Positions 45,647-55,836 of a stretch of 64,000 bases of DNA are shown piece by piece; the stretch's first letter is position 1; every line of letters starts with the position of its first letter. The DNA lies in contig OX638344.1 of the NCBI GenBank assembly GCA_951813555.1, forward strand, positions 1,688,990-1,752,989, in the 5' to 3' direction. A program made the position numbers and the translations under genes. The DNA is from an uncultured Acidimicrobiales bacterium. Lineage in GTDB: Bacteria; Actinomycetota; Acidimicrobiia; Acidimicrobiales; Bin134. The notes beneath the pieces are model-generated. The model made no database searches and was not told the DNA's origin. It worked only from the letters and a program-made list of their open reading frames with translations.

Positions 45647-47085
45647 GCCGTGCCGCCATCAAACCGACGACCGATCCGGACGCTCCGCCGCAGATCGCGG
45701 TAGTCGGAGGAGGATTGGCCGGCTTGGCCGCGGCAATAGCCGCGGCCGACGGCGGGGCCCAAGTGACGCTGTATGAGCGGGCTCCTCGGTTGGGCGGGGC
45801 CACCTGGTCGTTCCAGCGCAACGGCCGATGGTTTGACAACGGCCAGCACGTGTTCATGCGGTGCTGCACCGAGTACCGGGCATTTCTGGATCGCCTGGGG
45901 GTAACCGACCACGTGGCCGAGCAAGCCCGGCTGTCGGTTCCCGTGACCCGCCCCGGTCGCCGTTTGGCGCGCATCTCCCGTACCGGCGCTCCGGCCCCCC
46001 TGCATCTGGCCCGATCGCTCCTGCGCTATGGCCCGCTCTCGGTCGCCGACCGGCTGCGGGCGGTTCGCACCGCGCTGGCCCTGCGCCGTCTTGATCCCGA
46101 CGACCCGGAAACCGACGAGACGAGTTTCGGGGGATGGCTGCGAATTCGAGGGGAGTCCGACCGGGCCATTGCCGGTCTGTGGGACCTGATCTGCTTGCCC
46201 ACCGTGAACCTGAGGGCCGACGATGCCTCTCTGAGCCTGGCGGTCAAGGTCTTTCGCACCGGGCTCTTGGACGACACCGATTCCGCCGACCTGGGTTGGA
46301 CTCGGGTGCCGTTGTCGGCCCTCCACGGCGATGCCGCCGCCCGGGTGATCACCGCCCAAGGGGGGAGCATCCAGCTCCAAGCTCAGGTGGAAGCCGTGGA
46401 CCACGGCCCTTCGGTAACGGCAGACGGGCAACGGATTGACGCTGAAGCGGTGATCCTTGCTGTCCCCCACGACACGGTGGACAGCTTGCTGCCTCCCGAA
46501 ACCGTCGCCGGGCAAGCCGAACTGGCCGACCTCGGGATCTCTCCCATCGTCAACGTGCATTTCGTGTTTGACCGCCAGATCATGGACGTGCCCTTCACCG
46601 CGGCCCTTGACTCTCCGGTGCAGTTCGTGTTCGACCGCACCGAGGCCGCCAACTGGGCCGGGGATGAGCCGGGGGAGACCACTGGTGTCCGTAGCCGCGG
46701 CGAGCAGGTCGTGGCCGTGTCGCAGTCGGCGGCCTTCGATGAAATCGGTGACCGGCCCGCCGAGCTGATCGAGCGATATCAGTCGGCGCTCGCCGATCTC
46801 TTCCCGCTCTCGGCCGAGGCCGACGTGTTGGATGCAGTGGTGACCCGAGAGCATCGGGCCACCTTCGCCGGTCGTCCCGGTACCCGGCGGCTTCGTCCCG
46901 GCCCGACCACTGCCATCGATGGTCTGTATCTGGCCGGAGCGTGGACCGATACCGGCTGGCCGGCCACCATGGAGGGCGCGGTCCGCTCCGGCAACCAAGC
47001 GGCCCGCATGGCGCTGAACTATTGCCGTGGGGCCAACGCGTCGACGCCCGCCTGGCAAGACCAACGAGAGAGGACGATTGCATGA
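45643..47085 (+). CDS. hpnE: Hydroxysqualene dehydroxylase HpnE (FAD-dependent amine-oxidase fold)
   Basis: IAVVGGGLAGLAAAIAAADGGAQVTLYERAPRLGG is a dinucleotide-binding motif. An ATGA overlap joins it to hpnD. Confidence 0.75.
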   Translation: MSRAAIKPTTDPDAPPQIAVVGGGLAGLAAAIAAADGGAQVTLYERAPRLGGATWSFQRNGRWFDNGQHVFMRCCTEYRAFLDRLGVTDHVAEQARLSVPVTRPGRRLARISRTGAPAPLHLARSLLRYGPLSVADRLRAVRTALALRRLDPDDPETDETSFGGWLRIRGESDRAIAGLWDLICLPTVNLRADDASLSLAVKVFRTGLLDDTDSADLGWTRVPLSALHGDAAARVITAQGGSIQLQAQVEAVDHGPSVTADGQRIDAEAVILAVPHDTVDSLLPPETVAGQAELADLGISPIVNVHFVFDRQIMDVPFTAALDSPVQFVFDRTEAANWAGDEPGETTGVRSRGEQVVAVSQSAAFDEIGDRPAELIERYQSALADLFPLSAEADVLDAVVTREHRATFAGRPGTRRLRPGPTTAIDGLYLAGAWTDTGWPATMEGAVRSGNQAARMALNYCRGANASTPAWQDQRERTIA

Positions 47086-48080
47086 GCGGTGGATCATCGG
47101 CTACGGCCATTCTTGAGCGGGCCAGAAATTTGGTCGACCCCGCCATCGCCGCGGCCTTGGACGGGCTGTGCGACGAGCTGAGGGTGCCCGCCGAGTACCA
47201 CTTTCAAGGGCGGGGCAAGGGGATGCGCCCCGCCCTGGCCATTTTGTCGGCCGAGGCTGTCGGCGCTCCCCCAGAGACTGGGCTTCCTGGGGCAGTGGCC
47301 ATCGAGCTGATCCACGATTTCTCGCTCATCCACGATGACATCATCGACGACGATGCCGAGCGCCGGCACCGGGCCACGGTGTGGGCCAAGTTCGGCATCG
47401 GCGTCGGTGTGGTGGTGGGAGATGCCCTCCACGCTTTGGCCTTCGAGGTCTTGATGTCCGACCCCACGCCGCCCCGGGTCAAAGCAGCCAAGCGTTTGGC
47501 TGGCGCAGTCTCGGGCATGATCGCGGGCCAGAGCATGGACATGGCCTTTGAGGAGAGGTCCAACATCACCCCGGAGCAGTGCCTGGCCATGGAGCAGGGC
47601 AAGACGGGGGCTCTTTTGTCATACGCCTCATCAGTGGGGGCCATCTTGGCTGGGGCCGACGATGAAGTAGTCGGCAGGTTGGCCGACTACGGCACCCATA
47701 TGGGGATTGCCTTTCAGGCGGTGGACGACCTGCTGGGGATATGGGGGGACCCCGAGCGCACCGGGAAGCCCGCGGGGGCTGATCTGCGGGAGCGCAAGAA
47801 GTCGCTGCCGGTGGTTATCGCCCTCAACAGCGGCACGTCGGTAGCCGGTGAGTTGGCCGACCTCTATGCCCGAACTCATTTGGAAGCCAAAGACATAGAG
47901 GCGGCCCGGGCTTTGGTGGATGTGGGGGGCGGCCGGGAAGGCGCCCAGGCGCTGGCCCGGACCCACCTCGGCTTGGCCATGTCGGCCCTCGACTCCGTCT
48001 CCCAGAACGAGTCGGTTGTTGCCGAGGTGGTGGAGGAAATGCGCTCTCTGGCCCAGTTCATCGTAGGAAGGGATTTCTGA
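47082..48080 (+). CDS. Polyprenyl (farnesyl/geranylgeranyl) diphosphate synthase
   Basis: The Asp-rich motifs LIHDDIIDDD and FQAVDDLLG are present. An ATGA overlap joins it to hpnE. Confidence 0.85.
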   Translation: MSGGSSATAILERARNLVDPAIAAALDGLCDELRVPAEYHFQGRGKGMRPALAILSAEAVGAPPETGLPGAVAIELIHDFSLIHDDIIDDDAERRHRATVWAKFGIGVGVVVGDALHALAFEVLMSDPTPPRVKAAKRLAGAVSGMIAGQSMDMAFEERSNITPEQCLAMEQGKTGALLSYASSVGAILAGADDEVVGRLADYGTHMGIAFQAVDDLLGIWGDPERTGKPAGADLRERKKSLPVVIALNSGTSVAGELADLYARTHLEAKDIEAARALVDVGGGREGAQALARTHLGLAMSALDSVSQNESVVAEVVEEMRSLAQFIVGRDF

Positions 48081-49966
48081 TGGGTGCCGAGCAGTCCCTG
48101 ACCAGGGCCCGCGACCGACTCCTGAGCTTCCAAGACGCCGAGGGGTGGTGGAAGGACGAACTAGAGACCAACGCGTCCATCGAGGCCGAGGATTTGTTCC
48201 TCCGCGAGTTCTTGGGCATCTCCGACCCGGAGATCACCCGGAAGACCGCGAACTGGATCCGCCACTGCCAGCGGGCCGACGGCACCTGGTCCACCTACTT
48301 CCAGGGTCCGGCTGATTTGTCGGTCACCGTGGAGGCCTACTGGGCGCTGCGCTACGCCGGCGACCCGGTCGACGCCGACCACATGACGAAAGCGGCCGCG
48401 TATATCCGCGGCGAGGGCGGCCTGGAGCGCAGCCGGGTGTTCACCCGTATCTGGATGGCGCTGTTCGGCCTGTGGCGGTGGGAGGATCTCCCGGCGCTGC
48501 CGCCTGAGGTGATCCTCTTGCCCAAGAAGGTGCCTTTGAACATCTACGACTTCGCCTGCTGGGCCCGCCAGACTGTGGTGGCGCTGACCGTGGTGGGGGC
48601 TCACCGCCCGGTGCGGTCGATGGGGGTCAGCTTGGACGAGATCCGCACCGGGGCCACTCCCCCGGAAAGAGAGCTCGCCCCGATCGGGTCAGTGGCCCGG
48701 CGATTCCAGCGCCTCGATCGGGTGCTGCATCGTTACGAGAACCGCCCGCATCGGCGGCTGCGGGAGTGGGCTCTCAGTCGGGCTGAGCAGTGGATCATCG
48801 CTCGACAGGAGTCCGACGGCTGTTGGGGCGGCATCCAGCCTCCGTGGGTGTACTCGCTCTTGGCCCTGTACCTGCGCGGCTATTCCCTGAAACATCCGAT
48901 ATTGGCCCAGGGACTCGACGGATTCGACGCCTGGACCATTGTCGAAGACGACATGCGCCGGCTGGAGTGCTGCCAGTCGCCGGTATGGGACACCTGCCTG
49001 GCGTTGGTCGCGCTGGCCGACGCCGGGGTGGAACCAGACGACCCCCAGATGGAAGCCGGGGCCCGCTGGCTGCTGGACCAGGAGGTCCATGTCGTGGGCG
49101 ACTGGGCCGAGCAGCGCCCCCATTTGGCCCCCGGCGGGTGGGCGTTCGAATTCGAGAACAGCTTCTACCCCGACCTGGACGACACCGCCGAGGTGGCCCT
49201 GGCCTTGCGCCGCATCCACCACCCCGATGCCAAGCCGGTGCAAAAGGCGCTGGAGCGAGCGGTGGTGTGGACTCAGGGGATGCAGTGCTCTGACGGCGGC
49301 TGGGCCGCCTTCGACGCCGACAACTGCTCCCCTCTTGTGGCCGAGCTGCCCTTCTGCGACTTCGGTGAGGTCATCGACCCGCCGTCGTCCGATGTGACCG
49401 CTCACGTGGTGGAGATGCTGTGCGAGCTGGACGCCGACGGTCTGGGCCTGTCGGTGGACCGTCGGGCAGTGGACCGTGGCGTCGAGTGGCTGAGCGCCGA
49501 GCAGGAGGCCGACGGATCCTGGTACGGGCGATGGGGGGCCAACCACATCTACGGCACTGGCGCGGCAGTCCCGGCTCTCATCAGCGCTGGAGTGCCGACC
49601 GACGACGACCGGGTGGTGCGGGCCTGCCGATGGCTGGAGTCGGTGCAGAACCACGATGGCGGCTGGGGCGAGGACATGCGCTCGTATGTCGACCACAACT
49701 GGCGGGGTCGCGGGGAGTCCACCCCGTCGCAAACCGCGTGGGCGCTGCTGGCGTTGATCGCGGCCGGTCGAGCTGGCGGGGAGGCGGCTCGGGCAGGGGT
49801 GGCCTGGTTGGTGGACAACCAGCGGGCTGACGGCGACTGGGACGAGCCCTGGTACACCGGGACCGGCTTCTCCGGGGACTTCTACATCCGGTACCATTTG
49901 TACCGCCTGGTCTTCCCGGTGATGGCCTTGGGCCGCTGGGTGCGGGCGACGAGCGGTGGAGAGTGA
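48080..49966 (+). CDS. shc: Squalene-hopene cyclase
   Basis: Catalytic DxDDTA is present (YPDLDDTAEVALAL), with repeated QW-type motifs (...DGGWG..., ...DGSWYGRWG...). Length is 628 aa. Confidence 0.92.
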   Translation: MGAEQSLTRARDRLLSFQDAEGWWKDELETNASIEAEDLFLREFLGISDPEITRKTANWIRHCQRADGTWSTYFQGPADLSVTVEAYWALRYAGDPVDADHMTKAAAYIRGEGGLERSRVFTRIWMALFGLWRWEDLPALPPEVILLPKKVPLNIYDFACWARQTVVALTVVGAHRPVRSMGVSLDEIRTGATPPERELAPIGSVARRFQRLDRVLHRYENRPHRRLREWALSRAEQWIIARQESDGCWGGIQPPWVYSLLALYLRGYSLKHPILAQGLDGFDAWTIVEDDMRRLECCQSPVWDTCLALVALADAGVEPDDPQMEAGARWLLDQEVHVVGDWAEQRPHLAPGGWAFEFENSFYPDLDDTAEVALALRRIHHPDAKPVQKALERAVVWTQGMQCSDGGWAAFDADNCSPLVAELPFCDFGEVIDPPSSDVTAHVVEMLCELDADGLGLSVDRRAVDRGVEWLSAEQEADGSWYGRWGANHIYGTGAAVPALISAGVPTDDDRVVRACRWLESVQNHDGGWGEDMRSYVDHNWRGRGESTPSQTAWALLALIAAGRAGGEAARAGVAWLVDNQRADGDWDEPWYTGTGFSGDFYIRYHLYRLVFPVMALGRWVRATSGGE

Positions 49967-50523
49967 CCCTGATGTTGTTTTGTCCGCTGGCCATGGAGGC
50001 TCGAGCCGCACGGAAGGGCATCCGCCGCGATGGCGGTGGGGCGACCGTGGCGTGCACGGGAATGGGCCCCAAACCGAGCCGCCGCGTGGAGCCGCACTGT
50101 GGCCCGGTGGCGGTGGTCGGCATGGGCGGAGCGGTGGTCGGCGGTATCGAGCCGGGCGATGTGGTGGTTGCCACCGAGGTGTCGGCCGATAACATGGCGC
50201 CGATCGGCTTGCCCCTGGCCGAAGCAGTGGCCAAGAGCCTGGAGGAAGCCGGATTCACCGTGCACACCGGCCCGGTGGCCAGCGTGCCTGAGCTGGCCGT
50301 CGGCCTGCGCCGACAGGAGCTGGCCGACCGGGGTGCGGTGGCAGTCGACATGGAGTCGGCCTGGCTGTTGGAACGTCATAGCGGCGGTCCGGCGGCAGTG
50401 GTGCGGGTGGTGACCGACACCCCCAGCCGCGAACTGCGGTCTCTGACCGCCCCAGCGAGGATTTATCGAGCATTGCGCACCATTCGCCGGTTGACGCCAG
50501 TGCTGGCCAAGGAGGTTTGCTGA
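49963..50523 (+). CDS. hpnG: HpnG-like phosphorylase-family nucleosidase
   Basis: It sits between shc and hpnH. The composition is PNP/UDP-phosphorylase-like (CPLAMEARA..., ...AVDMESAW). The start is GTG 49963 or ATG 49972. Confidence 0.55.
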   Translation: MTLMLFCPLAMEARAARKGIRRDGGGATVACTGMGPKPSRRVEPHCGPVAVVGMGGAVVGGIEPGDVVVATEVSADNMAPIGLPLAEAVAKSLEEAGFTVHTGPVASVPELAVGLRRQELADRGAVAVDMESAWLLERHSGGPAAVVRVVTDTPSRELRSLTAPARIYRALRTIRRLTPVLAKEVC

Positions 50524-50524
50524 T

Positions 50525-51532
50525 ATGCCCATCCCAGTTCGCCAAGCGATGAGGGTTGGCAGCTACGTGTTCAAGAACAAGCTGCGCCGCCGCGAGAAGT
50601 TCCCGCTCATCGTGGAGCTGGAGCCGCTGTTCGCCTGCAACCTGGAATGCCCCGGCTGCGGCAAGATCCAGTACCCCACCGAGGTGCTGCGCAAGCGGGT
50701 CAGCGTGGACGAAGCCATTGGAGCCATGGAGGAGTGCGGTGCCCCGATGGTGTCCATCGCCGGGGGCGAGCCGCTGCTGCACCCCCAGATCGACGAGATG
50801 GTGGACGAGCTCATCAAGCGCAAGAAATTCGTGTACCTGTGCACCAATGCTGTATTGCTGAGGCGCAAGATCGACAAGTTCAAGCCGTCGCCCTACTTCT
50901 CCTTCGTGGTCCACGTGGACGGGCTCCAGGAGCGCCACGATCTGGCCGTGGCCCGCGAGGGGGTGTTCGACGAGGTCGTGGAGGCCGTCAACGAGGCCAA
51001 GGAAAAGGGCTTCCGGGTCACCACCAATAGCACCTTCTTCAGCACCGACAGCCCCGACGACGTGCGCAGCGTGCTCGACTTCTTGAACGACGACCTCGAA
51101 GTCGACTCCATGATGATCTCGCCGGGATACGCCTACGAGAAGGCTCCCGACCAGGAACACTTTCTGCCGGTGGAGCAGACCAAGAGCCTGTTCCGGGACG
51201 CCTTCTCGGAGGGTAAGCGCAAGAAGTGGCGGCTGAACCACACGCCGCTGTTCCTGGACTTCCTCGAGGGCAAGGTGGAGTACGAGTGCACCGCCTGGGG
51301 CATCCCCAGCTACTCGGTATTCGGCTGGCAGCGGCCCTGCTACCTCATGGCCGACGGTTACACCGAGACCTACCAGGAGCTGATCGACACCACCGACTGG
51401 GACAGCTACGGCCGGGGGAAGGATCCCCGCTGCGAGAACTGCATGGCCCACTGCGGCTACGAGCCCACCGCGGTGTTCGCCACGATGAAGTCGCTGCGCG
51501 AGTCAATTCGCGCCGCGGTCGGGACTGGTTAG
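50525..51532 (+). CDS. hpnH: Radical SAM adenosylhopane synthase HpnH
   Basis: The radical-SAM cluster is CNLECPGCGKI. Overall the sequence is typical of HpnH, including the C-terminal CENCMAHCGYEPTA. Confidence 0.85.
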   Translation: MPIPVRQAMRVGSYVFKNKLRRREKFPLIVELEPLFACNLECPGCGKIQYPTEVLRKRVSVDEAIGAMEECGAPMVSIAGGEPLLHPQIDEMVDELIKRKKFVYLCTNAVLLRRKIDKFKPSPYFSFVVHVDGLQERHDLAVAREGVFDEVVEAVNEAKEKGFRVTTNSTFFSTDSPDDVRSVLDFLNDDLEVDSMMISPGYAYEKAPDQEHFLPVEQTKSLFRDAFSEGKRKKWRLNHTPLFLDFLEGKVEYECTAWGIPSYSVFGWQRPCYLMADGYTETYQELIDTTDWDSYGRGKDPRCENCMAHCGYEPTAVFATMKSLRESIRAAVGTG

Positions 51533-51620
51533 CGCGCGTCCGGCGAGGCTGCGGGTCCTGTCGTCGGGGCGGCTCGGCGCGCGGTGGCGCCGAGTCCTGG
51601 CCCCGACGCCACCCACAGCC
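51532..51620 (+). repeat. Structured GC-rich intergenic repeat, copy B
   Basis: It starts at the last base of the hpnH stop codon and fills the convergent gap to pepN. The core at 51552..51616 matches 40984..41048 with 2 mismatches. Confidence 0.8.
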
Positions 51621-51634
51621 CCGCCTCAGTTGTC

Positions 51635-54148
51635 CTACTTTGACAACGCTTCCTGGACTCTTCTTCGCAGTTGGACGTTGATCTCTTGGCGTTCTAGGTG
51701 TTGGGCGACGATTAGGGGGCCTTGGGGAACGGGGTGGGCTTCTAGGAAGGTCTGGACATCGGTGGCCAGTTCGGGGGTGGACAGGGCGCTGATGCCGCCG
51801 AGCATTCGGGGGACGATGGCGGAGGGGAGGCGTTGGTTGATGTCGTCCCAGTGCTGGGCGATATGCGCCCAGGCTTGGGGGCCGAGGTCGCGGTTTTCCA
51901 GGCATCCCCGCAGCACGAAACCGGCGTCTTGGCTGCGCACGGTGCCGTCGAGGGTGGCGGCCAGAGTGCGGTCCATGAGCTGGGGATCGTCGAAGGTGGT
52001 GAGCGCCATCAGATAGCGCAGTTCGAGCTGCGGCGTGGGGGCGTTGCCGAAGCGCTGGCGGATGTCTTCGTAGTCCGCCTCGTCACCGGTGGCGGCCACA
52101 ACGGCGATGGCGGCCGCGGCCAGGGCAGGGTCGACGCCCTCGGCGGCCATAAGCGCCCGGCACCGGGCGATGGCCTCGGCGTCGTTGCCCCCCACGGCCC
52201 GGGTACGTGCGAGCACGCCCCGCAATTCGCCGACACGGTCGTCCTCGCCGGCGACCGGCTCCCAGCCCACCTGGCCCCAGGCCGGGCCGACCATGTCCCT
52301 GACTCGGGCCTGGAGTCCAGCCCGACCGTCGTCGGGAACCATGTGGTCGAGAGTGCCCAGTGTGCCGGCCAGCCGGCGCCACACAGCCAAGTCGTCTTCG
52401 GTGGCGGCCATGCGCTCGACGAACGCCAGGTAGTCGGCCAAACTTTGCCGGTTGGCCACCGTCAGGGCCCATTGGTCGTCCACCAACACGTATCGCTGGA
52501 GCGGGTCCAGATCGGGGCCGATGTCCAGCAGCCTGTCCAGCAATCCACCTTGGTAGGCCACTCGGTAGAAGCCGTCGGCGGTCGGGTTGACCATGACCCA
52601 AGCAGGGTCGTCAGCATCGAGGGCGACCGGGTCTTCCAGCACCAGCCGCTCGGCGTGTTCTCCGGTGCCGGTGCCCACGGCGGCCACCACCGGAACCTGC
52701 CAGCGGGCGTCGTCGGGCTGCCCGTCGTAGCGGAATCGCTCCTGGCTGAGTGTGATCGTGCCGGTGTCGTCGCCCGCAGCAGTCACCACGGGGTGGCCGC
52801 CCTGGAAGATCCATGAGTCCATGACGTCGCGGGCGGGCTCGCCGGTGGACTCGGCCAGGGCATCCCACAGGTCGTGGGTCTCGGTGTTGGCGTAGGAGTG
52901 GCGCTGGAGATAATGGCGGACCCCGTCGCGGAAGGCCTCGGCGCCCAGGAATTGCTCCAGCATCCGCACCGCGGCCGCGCCCTTCTCATAGGTGAGCAGG
53001 TCGTACATGCCCTCGGCGTCGGCAGGGGAAACCACCGGATACTCGATGGCCCGCGTGGCGGCCAGGGCGTCCACGTCGAAGGCCGCCGCCCGGGACAGCC
53101 CGAACGCCAGCCAGCGCTTCCAGTCGGGGCGGTAGGCGTCCACCGCCAGCATCTCGCAGAACGTGGCGAAGGCCTCCTTGAGCCAGATGCCGTTCCACCA
53201 CTTCATGGTCACCAGGTTCCCGAACCACATGTGGGCCAGCTCGTGGGCGATCACATCCACCGCGGTCTGACGCTCTTGCTGGGTGGAGCTGTCGGGGTCG
53301 AGCAGCAGCAGGATCTCCCGGAAGGTGACGCACCCCATGTTCTCCATGGCCCCGAAGGCGAAGTCGGGTATGGCCACCAGATCGAGCTTGTCGCCGGGGT
53401 AGTCGATGGCGAAGTAGTCCTCGAAGAAGCTGAGGCAAAACGCGCCGGCGTCGAGGGCGAACTCGGTGAGGTGGCCCTTGCCGACAGGATGGACGACGCG
53501 CAGCGGCGTGCCGTTCACATCCACCGATTCGGTAACCTCCAGCGGTCCGACGATGAAGGCCAGCAGGTAAGTGGACATCTTCATGGTGGGGGCGAACGAC
53601 ACCGCCCGGCGCCCGTCGCCGGTGGGCTGGGAATCCATCTCGGCCCCCGAGGACACGGCCATCAGATCGTCGGGCACCACCAGGGTCACCTCGAAAGTCG
53701 CCTTGAGGTCGGGCTCGTCCCAGCATGGAAACGCCCGACGGGCGTTGGTGGACTCGAACTGCGTGGTGGCGATTACCCGCTCATCGCCGTCTTTATCGGT
53801 GAACGTAGACCGGTAGAACCCCCGAAGCTGATCGTTGAGAGTGCCGGAAAAGGTCAAGTTCAGCCGGGCTGGCCCTGGCGAGACAGGCTCGCCCAGCCTC
53901 AGCGCCGCCCGCTCGTGCTCGTCGTCGTAGTCGATCCCGGCTAGCGCCACCCCGCCGAGGTCCCCACCGGCAATCTCCAGCTCTGCCGCGTTGAGCACGA
54001 TCTCGTCCACCGGCTCCAGCACTTCAAGATCCACGCCCAGCGTCCCCGCAAAGATGAACCCGTCCAGATCAGGCTCCAACCGCAGCTCATACCGCCGCGG
54101 CACCACCGTCCTAGGCAGCCGGTACGGGTTCACTGGGGACTCGGCCAT
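51635..54148 (-). CDS. pepN: Aminopeptidase N (M1 family)
   Basis: GAMEN is present, together with HELAHMWFGNLVTMKWWNGIWLKEAFA (HExxH-x18-E). Length is 837 aa. Confidence 0.92.
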   Translation of the reverse strand: MAESPVNPYRLPRTVVPRRYELRLEPDLDGFIFAGTLGVDLEVLEPVDEIVLNAAELEIAGGDLGGVALAGIDYDDEHERAALRLGEPVSPGPARLNLTFSGTLNDQLRGFYRSTFTDKDGDERVIATTQFESTNARRAFPCWDEPDLKATFEVTLVVPDDLMAVSSGAEMDSQPTGDGRRAVSFAPTMKMSTYLLAFIVGPLEVTESVDVNGTPLRVVHPVGKGHLTEFALDAGAFCLSFFEDYFAIDYPGDKLDLVAIPDFAFGAMENMGCVTFREILLLLDPDSSTQQERQTAVDVIAHELAHMWFGNLVTMKWWNGIWLKEAFATFCEMLAVDAYRPDWKRWLAFGLSRAAAFDVDALAATRAIEYPVVSPADAEGMYDLLTYEKGAAAVRMLEQFLGAEAFRDGVRHYLQRHSYANTETHDLWDALAESTGEPARDVMDSWIFQGGHPVVTAAGDDTGTITLSQERFRYDGQPDDARWQVPVVAAVGTGTGEHAERLVLEDPVALDADDPAWVMVNPTADGFYRVAYQGGLLDRLLDIGPDLDPLQRYVLVDDQWALTVANRQSLADYLAFVERMAATEDDLAVWRRLAGTLGTLDHMVPDDGRAGLQARVRDMVGPAWGQVGWEPVAGEDDRVGELRGVLARTRAVGGNDAEAIARCRALMAAEGVDPALAAAAIAVVAATGDEADYEDIRQRFGNAPTPQLELRYLMALTTFDDPQLMDRTLAATLDGTVRSQDAGFVLRGCLENRDLGPQAWAHIAQHWDDINQRLPSAIVPRMLGGISALSTPELATDVQTFLEAHPVPQGPLIVAQHLERQEINVQLRRRVQEALSK

Positions 54149-54217
54149 CGGCTGAGACTAGATGACGTTGTTCCGCGATTCTGCGCGGAAGAGCAGCCAG
54201 ATAGACGCTGACTGCTG

Positions 54218-54394
54218 CTACCGCTGTCGAGCTTGGGCTTCATGGAGCTGGGCTTCCAGTTCCATTTCGTCGACCTCTCTCAGCGCCTCTTCGAGGGCCC
54301 CGCTCTTGATGATCGTCCTGATAACTTCGCGGCCTTCCGCACCTATGCGCGAGGTGCTCCTCTTGCTGGTGGGCGATCGGGCGACGTCGGTCAT
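54218..54394 (-). CDS. Possible small hypothetical protein (58 aa)
   Basis: An internal ATG of ORF 54218..54457 in a lower-GC gap. It has a helical acidic C-terminus, no clear RBS and no recognised family. Confidence 0.25.
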   Translation of the reverse strand: MTDVARSPTSKRSTSRIGAEGREVIRTIIKSGALEEALREVDEMELEAQLHEAQARQR

Positions 54395-54551
54395 TGCTTG
54401 CAGCCTACACACGCCTCTCACCCATTCATTGGGGTGTACGCGCAAGAGCCCGGCCACTCACCGTCCGGAGAGGTACCGGGCTCCACTTCATCGGGCTACT
54501 GCCCTCAGCAGAACAGACGGCAGTGAGTCGTGGGTTTGCTAGAACCAGGTG

Positions 54552-55247
54552 ATGGCGAATTTTGTGTTGGTTCATGGGGCGGCTCATGGGGCGTGGTGTT
54601 GGGAGCGGCTAGTACCGATTCTTGAGGCGAGCTCCCACGCGGAGAAGGTGATTGCCATCGACTTGGTAGGGCACGGGGAACGGCTGAAGGAGAAGCCGCT
54701 GGATCAGATCTGCCTTGATGACTATGCCGACGACGTGGTCCGGGAGATCGAGGGCCGCGATCTGCACGATGTGGTGTTGGTGGGGCACTCATTGGCCGGG
54801 ATCACGCTGCCACCGGCCGCCCACCGCCTGGTGGGCCGGTTGCGGCGGCTGGTGTATCTGTCGACAACGAATCCGCCGGTGGGGCAGTCGGTGGAGGATC
54901 GGATGAACGACCCGTTGTCGCCGATCTCTCGGGAAGTGGACTTCGAGACAATGTTCTGCAACGACCTCGATGCCGAGACCTCAAACTGGCTGCTGTCCTG
55001 CCTCGGTCCTGAGCCACCCGGCCCGATGGCCGAGAAGGTAACGGTGGCCTCTGGGCCTCCCGGCATCCCCTCCACCTACATCCTGTTGGAGAAAGACGAG
55101 GCCCTCCCGCCCGCCTACCAGCGCGAGGAGGCCCGTACCGCCCAAGTCGACGATATCGTCACCCTCGACGCCGGCCACAGCGCCTTCGCCTCCCGTCCCC
55201 AAGAACTGTCCGACCTCCTGCTGCGGGTGGCCCATCGCGGGAACTAG
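54552..55247 (+). CDS. Alpha/beta hydrolase (esterase, methylesterase-like)
   Basis: MANFVLVHGAAHGAWCWERLVPIL is a typical N-terminus, and GHSLAG is the nucleophile elbow (GxSxG). Confidence 0.8.
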   Translation: MANFVLVHGAAHGAWCWERLVPILEASSHAEKVIAIDLVGHGERLKEKPLDQICLDDYADDVVREIEGRDLHDVVLVGHSLAGITLPPAAHRLVGRLRRLVYLSTTNPPVGQSVEDRMNDPLSPISREVDFETMFCNDLDAETSNWLLSCLGPEPPGPMAEKVTVASGPPGIPSTYILLEKDEALPPAYQREEARTAQVDDIVTLDAGHSAFASRPQELSDLLLRVAHRGN

Positions 55248-55294
55248 ACGTTCTCGGGCTACGTCAAATGGACGTGGCAACGAATGAGAGGCAC

Positions 55295-55792
55295 ATGACC
55301 ATGAAGCATCTACGCGGGTCTGGCCTCCCAACTGCGGTTCGAATTCCACTCGTTGGTGTGATGACCATGGCCATTCTGTTGAGCGCCTGCGGTGGCAATT
55401 CCACCCCGGCCGACATAGACAACGGGCCAGCGCCGACAGCGGCTGCACCCGAGGCAACCCCCGTCAATAGCAGGCTGACCGGCGACATTACCATCGAGGG
55501 CGCCTTCGAACTGTCGCACATTCCCTCGTCGCGGGTAGTGGTGCGGCTTGAGGACATCTCTATGCTCGACGTTCCGTCGGTGGTCCTTGCGGAGCAGGTG
55601 CTTACAGGGGTTACCACGCTCCCACTGCAATATGTGCTGTCGTGGACGGGCGAGTTGGATCCCGAGTTCATGTACGCCGTGAGCGCGACCATCTATGGAA
55701 ACGATGGTGAACTCCTTTTCTGGACCGACACGAGCTATCCGGTCGAACCCGGTGACATCAAGGTGGACTTCTTCGTCGTAACCGCCTCTTGA
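55295..55792 (+). CDS. YbaY-like lipoprotein
   Basis: The lipobox is MAILLSAC. The downstream pattern ...VVVRLEDISMLDVPSVVLAEQV...LPLQYVL... resembles YbaY/YscW-type lipoproteins. The start is uncertain (55268, 55295 or 55301). Confidence 0.55.
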   Translation: MTMKHLRGSGLPTAVRIPLVGVMTMAILLSACGGNSTPADIDNGPAPTAAAPEATPVNSRLTGDITIEGAFELSHIPSSRVVVRLEDISMLDVPSVVLAEQVLTGVTTLPLQYVLSWTGELDPEFMYAVSATIYGNDGELLFWTDTSYPVEPGDIKVDFFVVTAS

Positions 55793-55836
55793 AATCGAGT
55801 CAGTGCCCAGGTTCCGACACTTAGGGTGAATGTTGT

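Noticed and set aside
54162-54542. A 126-aa + strand ORF in the pepN upstream gap.
   Set aside because: Its composition is Ser/Leu/Cys/Arg-rich and unlike neighbouring genes, and it overlaps the equally weak minus-strand ORF. Neither is convincing, and only the shorter minus-strand candidate is kept at low confidence.
54400-54548. Lower-GC intergenic stretches (also 43763..43892, 23954..24092 and 11274..11351), scanned by eye for tRNA/tmRNA-like features.
   Set aside because: No GTTCGAATC-type T-arm, no CCA-adjacent acceptor pairing and no cloverleaf-compatible inverted repeats were seen. No RNA gene is claimed. A tRNAscan-SE/Infernal run would be the proper test.
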